Positions 25,749 through 37,465 are shown, counted from the whole stretch's first letter. The stretch is DNA of 51,389 bases, filler included, from Sphacelaria rigidula (GCA_964200075.2; 4 parts of 4 records of this genome joined end to end with filler, not necessarily neighbours in it); one strand, 5' to 3'. Notes: generated from the sequence alone by a model not told the origin. Translations and numbers: made by a program.

Positions 25749-26613
25749 TGTTGGGTGGGGAGGGGCCGCTCTCTCACTCCACCCGCCCCCGACCCAAATC
25801 CCCCCCCCCCCCCCCCCCCCCCCAACCCCCCTCCCGAAGAAACGAAGAACGACCCCAGCGTGTTTTCTATTCTCTTCTTCCGCCGACGCCCGACTTGCTG
25901 TGTGGTACTGTACGACGAAACAAGGACTACAAAAATAATGGAGCGGGTGAACATCACAACTGGACTGACTAGTGACACATGAGAAAAAAAAACGAACACT
26001 ACAGACATGTTGCAACAAACAGAGCGAACCTTACCCAAAAGGATTCAGTCAGCATTACACCACAACAAACCACACTTACATCACCACGACTGCCCCCCCC
26101 CCAAAAAAAGAAGAAAAAAAAAAGGAAAAAAACATCAAAATGAAACAAACAAGTGCATCCAGTGACCCCACTTCCATAGGCAGGAGCAAGACAGCTATAG
26201 CCGGTAGCCGCCTTTCTGCCGTCCGAAGCAGCAGAATTGTGCCCACTGACAGAAAATAAATACCCCACATCTTCCCTCCCAAAACGAGAAAAAAAGTGGG
26301 AACATGAACGTCTGAAAGCCCCTTTGTTTCACTACAGTAATGACGGAATCGCTTCGCGCGTTGATCTGGGCTCAACACCACAGCCGAGCACATGCCGCGA
26401 TACGAGCGAAGTACATAGACACCCTTATTTACAATTTGTCCACTGGCCGCGTGCACTCAGCGCCCGATATTTAGAGACCATCGATCTTGTGCGTGCTATA
26501 ACCATGACACAGTGATCTCCCCATCTGGTCCCGTAAAGGAACGGAGCCACGCCTTCCCAAGAAAAACCTTCGAGCTAACAAACACCGCGTCTACACACCA
26601 TTGGCGCCGCCGT

Positions 26614-29283
26614 CTACCGCCTGTTACGACCCACACGAATCGCGAGCGATCGGGAGCGCATCGGCGTCCCCGTGTGCACCGCTCTGTCCATTCCCTCGGC
26701 GATCTCGTTCAACGATAACCCTCTTCTCCGATTGCCTAGGAAAGCGTCGTGGGCGGCTTCGATCGCGTGGCCACCTGGACCGTGAAACGCGGCTCCCTCC
26801 CCTTGTTCTATCCCCTCCGCCGCCGTCGTGGCCTCGACTGGTCGGGTTCTTGCCCTTCCGTTTCCCATCCTACCAGAAAAAAGTCGTCGCCTGTTGTTGC
26901 TCCTGCTCCGACGATCACCATCCTCCCCGGAGGAAGCAACCAGCACAGGTGGCGTCGCAGTGACCTTCCCCCATGATGACGTAGATGGCGCGGGACTTTT
27001 TCCGCTGGCGGCGGGGGCAGCGCGGTCGGCAGTCATCGACATTTCTAGCTCCGCCGCCACTGCACGGTTGTTCAGCGGTCGGCTGTCGACCGATCGGTCC
27101 TTCGCTCCTCTAGCAATGAAGCGCTTCCGAAACAATCTCCTGGAATTGGCTCGTTTGTCCGTGCTAGCGCTGCGACTGCACTCGTCGATGACCTTGGCTT
27201 CTCCTCGATCACCCTTACCGCTGCCGCGACGGTCGCCGGGCACGATATCGCTACTGTCCGTAGAGGCCCTAGAAGATCCGACGGTGGAGCCTGACCCCAA
27301 CCCTTCTCCTCGGAAGTCACCATCCGAGCCCCGCGTGCTAGTAGACGACAACGGCGATGACCGTCCTGGGTGAGCTTCCGACAGGTCGGCGGCTGCGGCG
27401 GTGTTGGTGGCAGCTGCAGCGGAGGCAGTAGACCCATCGCTTTGCGTCGGAGACCCCGCAACAGGCTTTTTCGTTGCTGGCTTTGTCTCCTCTTGTCGGG
27501 TCGAAGCCGAGGACTGGGGTGCCCATTTTACCGGGCGGGCGAGGGACGCCGCCAGAACCTTGTCCACGGCGTTGCCCGAAGGAGGCGGGCTCAGCGATGC
27601 GCCATCGCTGCCCGCGGCCGCGCGCTGAGCGGTCGCACCGCCAACCCCACCGCCCACGCTGCGCAACAGGTCCCATTTCTCGCTGACCTGATGGTTCACC
27701 ATGGCCAGGAGCGCGTTCATGCTCTTGCGCACGGCCGCCTCCACGCTTTCGACGACGTAACGCTTGACCGCCGCCTCGAAGGCCGCCGCAGCGAGGTTAT
27801 ACACGCTGCTCAAGGCGCTGTTGCTAACATGCACCTTCACCATGCTCACCGATACGCGTAACCGAGACAGCCGCAGCCCTTTTGGTGTGTCGCCGAGAGT
27901 CGATCTTCCTAGAGAAGGCGTGCCGCCCCCTGCTACGCCGTTTCCAGAAAATTCCTGTCGTTGCTCACTCTCATGGCCGTCGCCACTTGCGATTCCAACG
28001 GAGCTCCTATCGGTTTTTCCCTCTTTTTCACCACGATCAATGTCGCCGGTTGCCGTGTTCATCCTAAAGCGAGCACTCCATGGAGTTGAAACCGCTAGGT
28101 CTTGTGTGTCTAGCTCGAGCTCAATAGTAAGGTCGGACACGGTCGCTTCCAGGCTGCCGGCTGTCTTGAGGTGAGGGAAATGCCTTTGTTTTACCGACCA
28201 CATGACGTCCTTCAGCTCGGCCCCGACTTCAGATATTCGCGCCACGAGAAACGGCGCCGCCAGGATGTCTACCCCTGATGGACCTAGAAGGCTCTCGCCC
28301 TTGCGTACAACCCTGTTGCCACTGCGTGTCCCACCCATGTCACCACGATCACCATCACCCTGGATAGAGATCAAAATCTCCTCAATTTCATCTGCGGTCC
28401 ATTTTCTGGACGACTGGGGCGGTAATGGATGGGAGCCGGGTGGCCCCTGAGTCCTCTCGCCGTCCATTCCGCTCTGCTCGCCCCCATTACCATCTTCTGA
28501 CCCTGCGAGTTCCGGAGCATCAGCTCCACGAGACGTGGTACTCGCTGCAGTGTCGGGCGGCTGGGCCTCGCTGCACGCTCTGGACCTGGAATTCGTGGCG
28601 GGCGGCTGGGCCTCGCTGCACGCTCTGGACCTGGAATTCGTGGCGGGCGGCTGGGCCTCGCTGCACGCTCTGGACCTGGAATTCGTGGCGGGCAGCTGGG
28701 CCTCGCTGCACGCTCTGGACCTGGAATTCGTGGCGGGCGGCTGGGCCTCACTGCACGCTCTGGACCTCGTTTTCGTGGCGGGCGGCAGGCTCGTAATAAA
28801 GTGCGAGTGCGAGTCTTGTCGCCTTTCACGCGGTCCGGCGTTGCCGTTGTCGTCACTGTAGCCGACACCACCACCGACACCGCTCTCGCTCTCACTCTCA
28901 CTACCAAGGCGGCCTTGATCCGTCGCCGGTGTGTCGGTACTCCTTCGTCGATTCCACACCCGGGACAGGTAGGAGCTGCGCACCCGACCCTTACCCTTGT
29001 CCGCGTTACGAGCTGCTCCGGTTGTTGCCGCCGCAGAGCTGTGGCTTTCTCCTTGGGATAGACGCGGTGTCGGCGGAGTTGTAGTGCGCCCATCCTTGAC
29101 TACTCCTGTGCTTCTTATTGAGGCGGCGGAGCTACCACCGCTCGCTTCGTGCCGGGTGTGAGAGATGTCGCCCGCCGAGCCGGGAAGAGGGTCGATGTCC
29201 CGGCGGTCGGCGGTAACCTTGCCCTTCGCGGGGCGTCCGTCGCCCTTCTCTTTATCCTCATCGCTCAGTGGTCCGTCGCGACC
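26614..29283 (-). CDS. Contig 3 gene, terminal exon (10 of 10 seen); TULIP/BPI-like (HAM1/DUF4449-like) segment in disordered flanks
   Basis: Acceptor gtaacag|GGT at 29283; 890 codons to TAG. Contains 'FLVARISEVGAELKDVMWSVKQRHFPHLKTAGSLEATVSDLTIELELD' and 'LRLSRLRVSVSMVKVHVSNSALSSVYNLAAAAFEAAVKRYVVESVEAAVRKSM'. Confidence 0.88.
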   Translation of the reverse strand, partial: GRDGPLSDEDKEKGDGRPAKGKVTADRRDIDPLPGSAGDISHTRHEASGGSSAASIRSTGVVKDGRTTTPPTPRLSQGESHSSAAATTGAARNADKGKGRVRSSYLSRVWNRRRSTDTPATDQGRLGSESESESGVGGGVGYSDDNGNAGPRERRQDSHSHFITSLPPATKTRSRACSEAQPPATNSRSRACSEAQLPATNSRSRACSEAQPPATNSRSRACSEAQPPATNSRSRACSEAQPPDTAASTTSRGADAPELAGSEDGNGGEQSGMDGERTQGPPGSHPLPPQSSRKWTADEIEEILISIQGDGDRGDMGGTRSGNRVVRKGESLLGPSGVDILAAPFLVARISEVGAELKDVMWSVKQRHFPHLKTAGSLEATVSDLTIELELDTQDLAVSTPWSARFRMNTATGDIDRGEKEGKTDRSSVGIASGDGHESEQRQEFSGNGVAGGGTPSLGRSTLGDTPKGLRLSRLRVSVSMVKVHVSNSALSSVYNLAAAAFEAAVKRYVVESVEAAVRKSMNALLAMVNHQVSEKWDLLRSVGGGVGGATAQRAAAGSDGASLSPPPSGNAVDKVLAASLARPVKWAPQSSASTRQEETKPATKKPVAGSPTQSDGSTASAAAATNTAAAADLSEAHPGRSSPLSSTSTRGSDGDFRGEGLGSGSTVGSSRASTDSSDIVPGDRRGSGKGDRGEAKVIDECSRSASTDKRANSRRLFRKRFIARGAKDRSVDSRPLNNRAVAAELEMSMTADRAAPAASGKSPAPSTSSWGKVTATPPVLVASSGEDGDRRSRSNNRRRLFSGRMGNGRARTRPVEATTAAEGIEQGEGAAFHGPGGHAIEAAHDAFLGNRRRGLSLNEIAEGMDRAVHTGTPMRSRSLAIRVGRNRR
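28555..28785 (-). repeat. 45-bp coding tandem repeat, about 5 copies (SRSRACSEAQPPATN)
   Basis: Plus-strand unit GCGGGCGGCTGGGCCTCGCTGCACGCTCTGGACCTGGAATTCGTG; copies are near-identical. Confidence 0.95.
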
Positions 29284-29728
29284 CTGTTACCGATCCATCC
29301 CCCCCAAATTAAAAAAAAGATTGAAGGTGGAGCGCGCACGTTATGTAGGGAAATAGGGGTATCGAGGTTCAAGGCCATGATCTACGGTAGAAACTTTCGA
29401 GGCACCAGGCATGAAACGAGGTGCTGGATAACAGGTCGGAAAACACGCTCGTGTGTGTGAGAACGGAGCATGCTATGACCACACCGCCTCGCCATTCATG
29501 AATGCTGCGCCGTTCTCGCTGTGTACACGAACAAGCAATCCTTCTTCTGTTGGCACCAAGGAAGTGTACCCCATTATATACACGCAATGCTACGCATCCC
29601 GTACACTCAAGCACCGAAAATGCTCAGCGTCAGCCATGTACAGGGGTCGCACACCGTACACCCCAAGAACCATCTTCATGAATAACAAACAAAAAAAAAA
29701 GGCCCTGAACTCTGCCGACCATACAAAC

Positions 29729-29879
29729 CTCCAGCACGGTGATGTCGTTCGGTTGCAGGTACGCCTTGGCGGATTTGCCATTCCCCATTCTCCAGTCCAG
29801 ATTGACAACGAAGCACCGTGAGCGCTTCTTGTACCTCTTGATCGTGCCCCGCCCAAACGGCGTCAACACGGGAGAGCCG
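29729..29879 (-). CDS. Contig 3 gene, exon 9; small SH3/Tudor-like beta module
   Basis: tgaacag|C...GAG|gtttgt, phases 2 to 0. Peptide GSPVLTPFGRGTIKRYKKRSRCFVVNLDWRMGNGKSAKAYLQPNDITVLE. Confidence 0.8.
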
Positions 29880-30103
29880 CTGTTCACACGACAGGCGACC
29901 GCGGGAGATATGACACAAATAGCACACCGTTCTTCATGAGCGAAAAACGTTCAACGTGCGAAGAAGCCGGAATTTTGGGCACACGAGGACCAGTCGCAAA
30001 CGTAGACGACACGTGGGCAGGGTGGAAACCCCCCAATTATATAAGTCAGTCCATATCGGACGAACGTGCGATCAAATCAAGTAGCAATGACTCAGACTCT
30101 CAC

Positions 30104-30279
30104 CGTTTCGGTAGACGAAAGCCTTTCATCACCAAATCCACCTTATCGCGTGCCACTTGCACCCCTTCCAGGTTGAGGTTCCACACACGAGATTCTACGC
30201 CCCTCCCCACGAACTTTGCGTGTCCGACAGGGAGCATTCCCAGGCGCTCCAGCAAGAACCCTAGCATGGACTCGCCTGC
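30104..30279 (-). CDS. Contig 3 gene, exon 8; start of the TULIP/HAM1-like region
   Basis: actacag|GCA...AAACG|gtgaga, phases 0 to 2. Peptide AGESMLGFLLERLGMLPVGHAKFVGRGVESRVWNLNLEGVQVARDKVDLVMKGFRLPK. Not shown in the ORF track in this frame. Confidence 0.8.
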
Positions 30280-30694
30280 CTGTAGTATTTACACAGGGGG
30301 AAAGGGTGCAGAATCGCAAATGAGGGGATCCAGAATAAGCCAACGGTAACAAGAGCATAGCGAACACGTCGATGGAAACACGGTGCAGCTATAGCATGTG
30401 CATGAGATATTTAGCATCCTCTCCGCTCCCCCCCCTGCTGCCCCCCTTTCCGTTCCTCCCGCGCGCAGCCTCCCGTCCGATAACGCATGCGACTACTGGC
30501 ATAATGTTCGTGGTACCTACACAAGATGACTCATTCTCCCTCCAAACGCCCCAGTCACTTCTGCATATTTTCATCTTCTTTTCAACCTGTCCACCAACTC
30601 AAGTCGTTGGCCTCATCTCAAAACATTTGTTGTGTACACGTCGCGTCTGACAGTTGCTACTCCTCCCCCCCCCCCTTCCCTCTCCCCTTGCCCT

Positions 30695-30970
30695 TCGTGA
30701 GACACCAATGCGGCAGTGTAAAAGCCGTGTCTGTCTCTGGAAGTGACGCAACTCATTGCAGATTGCCATTTATACGGAAGACAATAAGTACGCTTTGTGC
30801 CGCACAATCTCAGCATGGATGCAGCTCACCCTTCATGCGACTCGTCAAACACATCACGGTGCTTCGCGCTTGGTGATTGATTGCGACCCTGGTTACGCGA
30901 AAACCCAACGTGCTCTGTCCCGTCTCTGTAGGGATACAAGGTCAATGGTCATATGACGACGGCGTGTAAG
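30695..30970 (+). repeat. Dispersed repeat family, copy 2 (partial, intronic)
   Basis: Shares AGTACGCT..GCCG.ACAATC..GGATG.AGCTCACCCTTC.TGCGACTCG..GTAGGGAT...AGGTCAATGGTCATATG with 42045-42215. Confidence 0.75.
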
Positions 30971-31055
30971 ATCATGAGTACACCCCACGCCCTTCTCCCC
31001 CTACCCTCAAGCGCTTTATCCCACATCCATCTCTACAATCGGCCCCCCTGCTCAC

Positions 31056-31187
31056 CGCCAGTATGAGGTACACGTCAATTCCCTCAGCAACCTTGCCAAC
31101 GGCCTGCTCGACCTTGCCCAGAGTCACGATATCCCCCTTCCAGATTCCGTCCTTGAGACCCTCTACGGCCTCCAATAGATCCAGAAC
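31056..31187 (-). CDS. Contig 3 gene, exon 7
   Basis: atcgaag|GTT...GCG|gtgagc, 44 codons. Peptide VLDLLEAVEGLKDGIWKGDIVTLGKVEQAVGKVAEGIDVYLILA. Confidence 0.75.
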
Positions 31188-31611
31188 CTTCGATCGAGCG
31201 GCACGCGAGATCAACCGTCAGGAGTCGATGCGGTTGCGGGGTGGCAGCGGCGGTGAGGGAAAATCTACTATGGGCAGGGCTACGTTACTTTGCCCGCTTT
31301 AAAGGAGACTCATCCCGAAAGGCTTGTAATAAGTATGCGGACACTCACCAGACTCTCCCATTCGACACTCACAAATTTCTTCAGGGCAAAAGCTGCGCGA
31401 TTATTGACCACAAGAGTAATGGCTATACACGGAAGCGGCGGGACGACATAAATGAGTGATTTACTCTTATCATCAACAACAACGTCAACAACGACAAGCA
31501 GCAGCAGAAGCAGCAGCAGCAGCAACAACACTCACTGAAACAAATCGTTCATCACAAAATGGCTTCCCCTACTGCATGCTATTCCTCTCTCCCTGCTCCT
31601 CGTGAATGCAC

Positions 31612-31992
31612 CTGCATGATGACGTCCACTTCATCCACCTCTTCACGGTCGCCGAACGCGCCCGCGCACCCGCCCGTTTCGACTCGCCTATGCCTCTCTT
31701 TGGGGTTCGCAGGGATCGTTTCGCCCCTCTGCCAGCTATCTTTGTGGACGACCTCGGCGTCTCCCCCTGCTCCCAGCCCTCCAGCGCCGCGTCCCTCTCC
31801 GCTACCTTCGCCGCTCCCGTGACCTTGCAAATGGCCGTGGGTGTGCCCCCCGGTGGGCATGTTGACGCCGTAATTGACAGGAAGTATGGTGTCGCTTAGG
31901 GACTCGACGAGAGACGCGAGGGAGGCGTTGCCGCCGCCGCCGGCACTGGCGTCGCTGAGAAGCGGTAGAATGCCGTTGTCGTCAAGCAACTC
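31612..31992 (-). CDS. Contig 3 gene, exon 6
   Basis: ccttcag|GAG...CAG|gtgcat, 127 codons. Peptide ELLDDNGILPLL...EVDEVDVIMQ. Confidence 0.8.
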
Positions 31993-32408
31993 CTGAAGGT
32001 CAAGGGGATAAGAAGGTAGCACAAACACAGAGACGGACTTTACGGATAAACCAATATCTTGATTAATTTCATGATTTCTTGTTTGGCTGTAGCGGTGAAC
32101 ACGATAAACACAACGCGAGGGGCGTGATGTATCCGGTTGGTTCCAGGGTGTTGCTGTTGTCAATACACAGTACACATTTTTACACGGGCGTTGGCGCCCT
32201 GTGTTTTCATCCTGGTTGGTGTGTGCCTGCATTGACTCCATCAGCACACCTATGCCGCGTGGCCTTTAAGACACGATCACCACTGCACCGTCGATCACGA
32301 CGCTGCCCCCATGCGCCACTTTCCTGAGAATGCGATGCTTTCCCCCGGCGACAACCTTCTTGATGACCTTCTCCCCGTCCTACGGGTACACATCCTACAG
32401 ATACACAC

Positions 32409-32609
32409 CTTCCTCCATCGAACAGCTTCCGCCCTCATACGCTGCGCTTGTGCTCCAACCTTACCGGCGGTCATCCGAACACCTTCCACCATCTCCCCCG
32501 CCGTTCGACCGGATATTGATCGGGCGATGTGCCCTATGTCGACGCCTCCGTTCTCGAAGTACGTTGCGAAGCGAGTCTCGGCTGCAAGACTTTCCAACAG
32601 TGAAGATAT
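32409..32609 (-). CDS. Contig 3 gene, exon 5
   Basis: gctgaag|ATA...AAG|gtgtgt, 67 codons. Peptide ISSLLESLAAETRFATYFENGG...EAVRWRK. Confidence 0.78.
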
Positions 32610-32859
32610 CTTCAGCAGATAAGGGTGGGAACACGGGGATGGGGGGTACTCATTTGTTGCTCGTCTTTGTAATTTGAACGTTGACCACGCATCCCTTTCG
32701 AGACGGAGCACGGGGTAGGGGGTGAGGGTGGGGGGTAAGAACATGAACTTTTGAACATGTTGAAAGCGTCATTACTATATGCTCAATATCAAGAGAAAGG
32801 TACCTGGGTGACCGACTAGAATAACCACTTACGAGTCTCATTACATGCGGCCACTCTCC

Positions 32860-33212
32860 CCCGTCACGCCACGGTGGTCAATGTATAGTACAACTCACTC
32901 ATGAGGTCGGGAAAACGTGGGTTCAATTTTCTGCCAGATGCGTTAGTTGGGACTTTTTCTTCGACGTTGTTTGATTTTCGTCGTAGAAAGGGTGCGGACG
33001 TACGTGAGTAGCACGAAGAGTTTATTTGACCGAGTCTCATGGGAGTCGGGGGGAGTGTTACATCATTACGTCATGATCGAATCCGCGACTGCAAGACGTG
33101 CACCGTGGGAGAGATGGGGTGATCCCTTCAGACTAGTAGATGATAGACTCGTCGCAAGGAGGGGGAGCGGTTAGGCGTGTTACGGAAGGAATATATATAT
33201 ATATATATATAT
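32860..33212 (+). mobile_element. Probable degenerate tRNA-derived SINE (intronic)
   Basis: A-box-like GGTGGTCAATG, B-box-like GGGTTCAATT at ~32920 and an (AT)n tail at 33191-33212. Confidence 0.4.
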
Positions 33213-33406
33213 TGCGATTACGCATAAGCACCGTAACTGTCACCACTTTCCTTCCGAGTCAGTAAACCTAATCATCCGGAAAGAGGGGGTTTGATTTTCC
33301 AAATTCATTATTGCTCAAAAGTCATACATGACTTGGTTGTCTTCAAGTACAAAATCGGGCCCAACTGGAAGGAGCTGTACAGCGTATTCATATTTTATGT
33401 ATGTAC

Positions 33407-33670
33407 CTCGATGGACGCGAGTGCCTTGAAAGCGATGTTGGGCTCCGAATCCCGCACTCTCGCCATGAGAGCCTTCATCACTAATCTATCTACATCCTCG
33501 CCCTGCTGTTTCAACGCCGACAACTCTTCCTGCATCTTGCGCTCCAGCTCCTTGTTCAGTTCTTGCCTCTCTTCGGATGAACCGTGGCTCGAACTGTCCC
33601 AGTGTCCGCCGTCCCTACTCCGAGTGGAAGTGCCCCCGTAAACGCTATCAGAAGACGAAATTCTATTTGA
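33407..33670 (-). CDS. Contig 3 gene, exon 4 (coiled-coil-like)
   Basis: tcgacag|TCA...GAG|gtacat, 88 codons. Contains EERQELNKELERKMQEELSALKQQGEDVDRLVMKALMARV. Confidence 0.8.
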
Positions 33671-34029
33671 CTGTCGAAGATTTGTTTGAAAGACAGGAGA
33701 ATAAGAGAGGGGGGTTAAAAATTCTCCAGAAACGAGTCGCAAAATCAAAGCGCAAAAATATACGGTACTGACAAGCTGACACAGGAGGCATCGGCGATAG
33801 GAACAGAAAGAACCCTTTCTCATAGCACTGCTTTACTCCGCAAGCCACGCGGCTCATAAATGAAACATGCGACGGAACATCCAGACACTGCCTGGTATCA
33901 TGACAACAACGGCAACAACAACATTCAAACTTTTTATAGACGCAAGCAGCGAAACAACCAAAAAACCAGAGGAGCGCAAAAATGCATGCACTGGAGCTCG
34001 AGGGGAGCGCACACCGGCAGCGCGCGTAC

Positions 34030-34990
34030 CTGCTGCAACACCGCCAACAGAACCGTGCGCTTGATCACGTCTAGCGCTGGCTTCATCTCCTCGTACTTGG
34101 CCGACGCAGCAACGCCCTCCATCCACGACGGCGGCCTCGCAACCGTCTCATATTCCCGATCTCGGCCGGCCTCATCACCACCGGCACCGCCCCTCCCATC
34201 ATTACTACCGGCGTCCGCCACGGAGGCGCCCCGCTGTCGACGAAGCGCCCGTCCTCTCTTCCGGAGTCTGTCTGATCGATCTACGCCATCACCGCTGTAC
34301 CCCTCTGCGTTGGACGACCATTCCCATGCTCTTCCGCTGTCCGACCACCCAGTCGTGCGCGGTTGATGGGTTGGGGAGAGGCTCTGCACCACCCGTTCGG
34401 GGGCGGGCTCGGAAGTCCGTCGCCACGCTCGCCTTGATTTTGGTTTCGCGACAGGAGTATGCCGTGTCGACTTCTTGCCACTACTGCTAGAGCGGAGCAT
34501 TCCCCCCCGGGATTCCCCCCCGACAACCTCCCCGCGCCGTCTCCCGTCGGCGGCGCCTGCAGTAGCTGCACCATTGTCAAGACCAGTAGTGCTACCACCG
34601 TCCGTAGATGCACCTGAGTCCAGGCGTCCGCCACGAGCCGCCGCGTCTTCCACGGATACGCTGGCGCCAAACCTCGGCAAGACCGACCTGCGCCACCGGT
34701 GATTTGTTGTCCCGTTAGTCGCCGGAGCGCCTGCAGCGTCCATCCCACCGGTTGTCCTGGCAGACGTGCTCGTCGGACCTGCAAGGGGCGGCGGCAGGAC
34801 TCGCCGGCGCAGCCCGCTGCCGGTTGGGGGTAGTTCCGATCCAACCGTCGCCGAGGGGGCGGACGACCCGAACCTCCCGGATCCGCGCCATAACTTCCCG
34901 CCGCGCTTTTCCGTGACTTTGGCGTCATGAGACGTGATACCCCCCGGGGTCACCGATGATGTGGTGAACGCTCGAACCAGGCTCGAGCGG
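34030..34990 (-). CDS. Contig 3 gene, exon 3
   Basis: aacatag|C...CAG|gtacgc, phases 2 to 0. Low-complexity G/S/R-rich, ending YEEMKPALDVIKRTVLLAVLQQ. Confidence 0.82.
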
Positions 34991-35168
34991 CTATGTTGGG
35001 TAGTTCATTGCCGACAGAGACGCACGCAGACGGAGGGAACGAACGGGGACAGCAACATGTGAGGGACAATAACACCACCACCAACACCCACAACAACGCC
35101 TGTGTATTCTTTCATCACCTCTTGATGTGACACGAGATGCAACATGCAGTACGATTTTCTCATTTTAC

Positions 35169-35653
35169 CTGTCCGACCGTGCCTCTCCTCGCTCCTGCGG
35201 CGGTGGGGGACTCAGCGACTTGTTCATTGTCTGCTGACGCACTCGCGCGTCGGTATCGAGCGCGAGAGACGTAAGCACCACGCTTGTCAGCGTTGAGGTC
35301 TTCAGAGTCTCCCGCATGACTAAGCGCGTCAGCAAGCGTATCAACTTCTCGTTCAGCAGTATGCCGATTTCCCCGGCGGTTCGCCCCTCCCCGGTGGACG
35401 TCAGAAGCTCCTGAGGGCCAACCTTGACACCGAGCCGAAACTCCGGGCTGAAGGCGGCACCAACTTGATCGCCCAGAAGATCGTTCCACACCCCGGCATC
35501 CACACAAATGCATACGTCTTCCAGGAAGATCTCCCCAACCTCGAACCGCTTGGGTTGCTTCTTTTTCCGTCCTATCGCTCTCGGTCCGAACAGTGTCGCT
35601 CGGAGGCTCGGGACTACTTTGATTTCGCCTACGCGGTTGAACGCGGCGCCCAC
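35169..35653 (-). CDS. Contig 3 gene, exon 2
   Basis: aaatcag|GTG...GACAG|gtaaaa, phases 0 to 2. Contains KRFEVGEIFLEDVCICVDAG and GEIGILLNEKLIRLLTRLVMRETL. Confidence 0.82.
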
Positions 35654-36190
35654 CTGATTTCGCCCATAAAATAGGGGGGGGGGAGGGGGGGGAGTGTTCA
35701 CGTGACTGTGGGGGTGATGTAAATTACTTTTGCTCTGTGATACTGAGGAAGTCAACTTTAAGGCAGAAGGTGTTGCTCGGGGTCACGTGGATCTGTTGCT
35801 GAGTCCGACCTCGGGGTGTTGTTAGCGAATCGATCACAAGAGACCATCCATATTAAAACAGTTACTGCATCGGTTGCATAGGCATCCACAAGGGAACCGC
35901 CTGCGCGCTAAGAGACCAGGTACGCCAGCACGGTAAAAGCCGAAACGTTTTGGAAACAAAAAAATGACGACACTGTAGTCAAAGCAACAAAAAGCGCTTC
36001 GCGTTGCCGATACCCTCTGCGACTAAAATCATCAAAAACCCCCTGCGACTGAAATCAAAAGAGGGGCTGTACGGACCTGGGGGGGAAACAAATTTGCCGT
36101 AACGTGAAAAATACCCATTTCGCTCACTTCACATAATAAGGCAGACTGTAGAATAGACTTGACAACCTACACCACATCACTTGCACACAC

Positions 36191-37465
36191 CTGTTCGGCA
36201 TAGGCATTAAAGCGGCGCATGAACGCCTCCCCGAGGACCTTTACTACACCGAAGTTACCGAGGTTTTCCGTCGATGACCTCTCCGCTCCCGCCCCCCCTC
36301 CCACCGCTGACGTACTGAAGGTGGCGGACACTGGGGTACGAGCTCCACTAGGGAATTCCTCTGCACCGCTCGGTTGATGCTGCTCCATGGTTGCCGCGAT
36401 TGTGTGTCTCCTCGACCGCCAGCTACCGTTGGCAGACAAGATGCCACCCTTTGGCGGCGGCGACGTTCCATCCTGGACGCTCCTAGCACTCTTTCGACGA
36501 TCGTGCGGCGCGTCAATCGCACTCCGCCCCCCGCCATCCCCCACTGGTGCAGCACCGCCAACTTCCTGTCGTTGCTGCACTGTGTCCTTCGTGCTCGAGT
36601 CGCTGCCCCATGCAGGCGCGGAGATCCTGCGGCCTCTGTTGCCAAACCTGCTCCTGGCCAGCCGGCCAAGCCGGCTTGTGCTGGCCGAGCTCACGCCTCC
36701 CTCGGACGCCGCCGTGAGGACGTTGGTGTCTATGCTGTCCCGTGGGCTATCGGGCGCCTCCCCACCGGTGGCATCTTCCGCCATAAGGTCACGCTCCCGT
36801 GAATGCTGCGTCGCTGCTCCCTGCAACCGTTGTTGTCCTGCGCCCACTCCTTCTCTCACCTGCTGCCCTATTGCTATCGCAATGTCTGCCTCCGAGGATA
36901 AAGTGGTAACTTCCTCTTCCTCTTCATCGCTAGCGTCAGCGAGCACAATTCCGTCCAGGTCCTCAATGCTACCTCCGCCGCCGCCTCTATTCCTGCTGCT
37001 GCTATTACTACTACTAATACCACCACTAATATCACTTGTACTACCGTTGTTTCCTGCTCCCCCAACTTCACTGCCACCTCCACCTCCACCATGACTGTCG
37101 CTGGCAGCATAGTACTCGGGACTTTTGCGGAGCGCCAGGAAGGAAAAGTTGAGGATGCCGTTAACCTGCCGTAGTCGGAGCGTGATTCCCTTCACATGCA
37201 CCTTGTCGTAACGCCTGACGCGACTCCAGGGAACCAGGCTCCAGAGCCACGCCGTGACGGCCACGCGCTCCACGTTCATGACGAGCGATTTGCTGCCCCG
37301 TGCATCCTCTAGCACCGCCACGGAATCTCCGACTTCACCCGAGCTGGCGCGGTGCGTGGTCCGGGCCGGTAATTCCTCCCCTCCGGTGCCGCCGCCACCA
37401 CCGCCATCGTCGCCGGTGCCGCCGTAGAGACTCCTTAAGGCGGGGAAATCATCGACCGCGATGCC
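36191..37465 (-). CDS. Contig 3 gene, first recovered exon (internal; gene is 5'-incomplete); AsmA-like beta segment
   Basis: aaacacag|GGC...CAG|gtgtgt, 425 codons. Contains LVMNVERVAVTAWLWSLVPWSRVRRYDKVHVKGITLRLRQVNGILNFSFL. Confidence 0.85.

Noticed and set aside
17133..37465. Functional linkage between the two minus-strand genes
   Set aside because: They lie on different contigs separated by an artificial linker.
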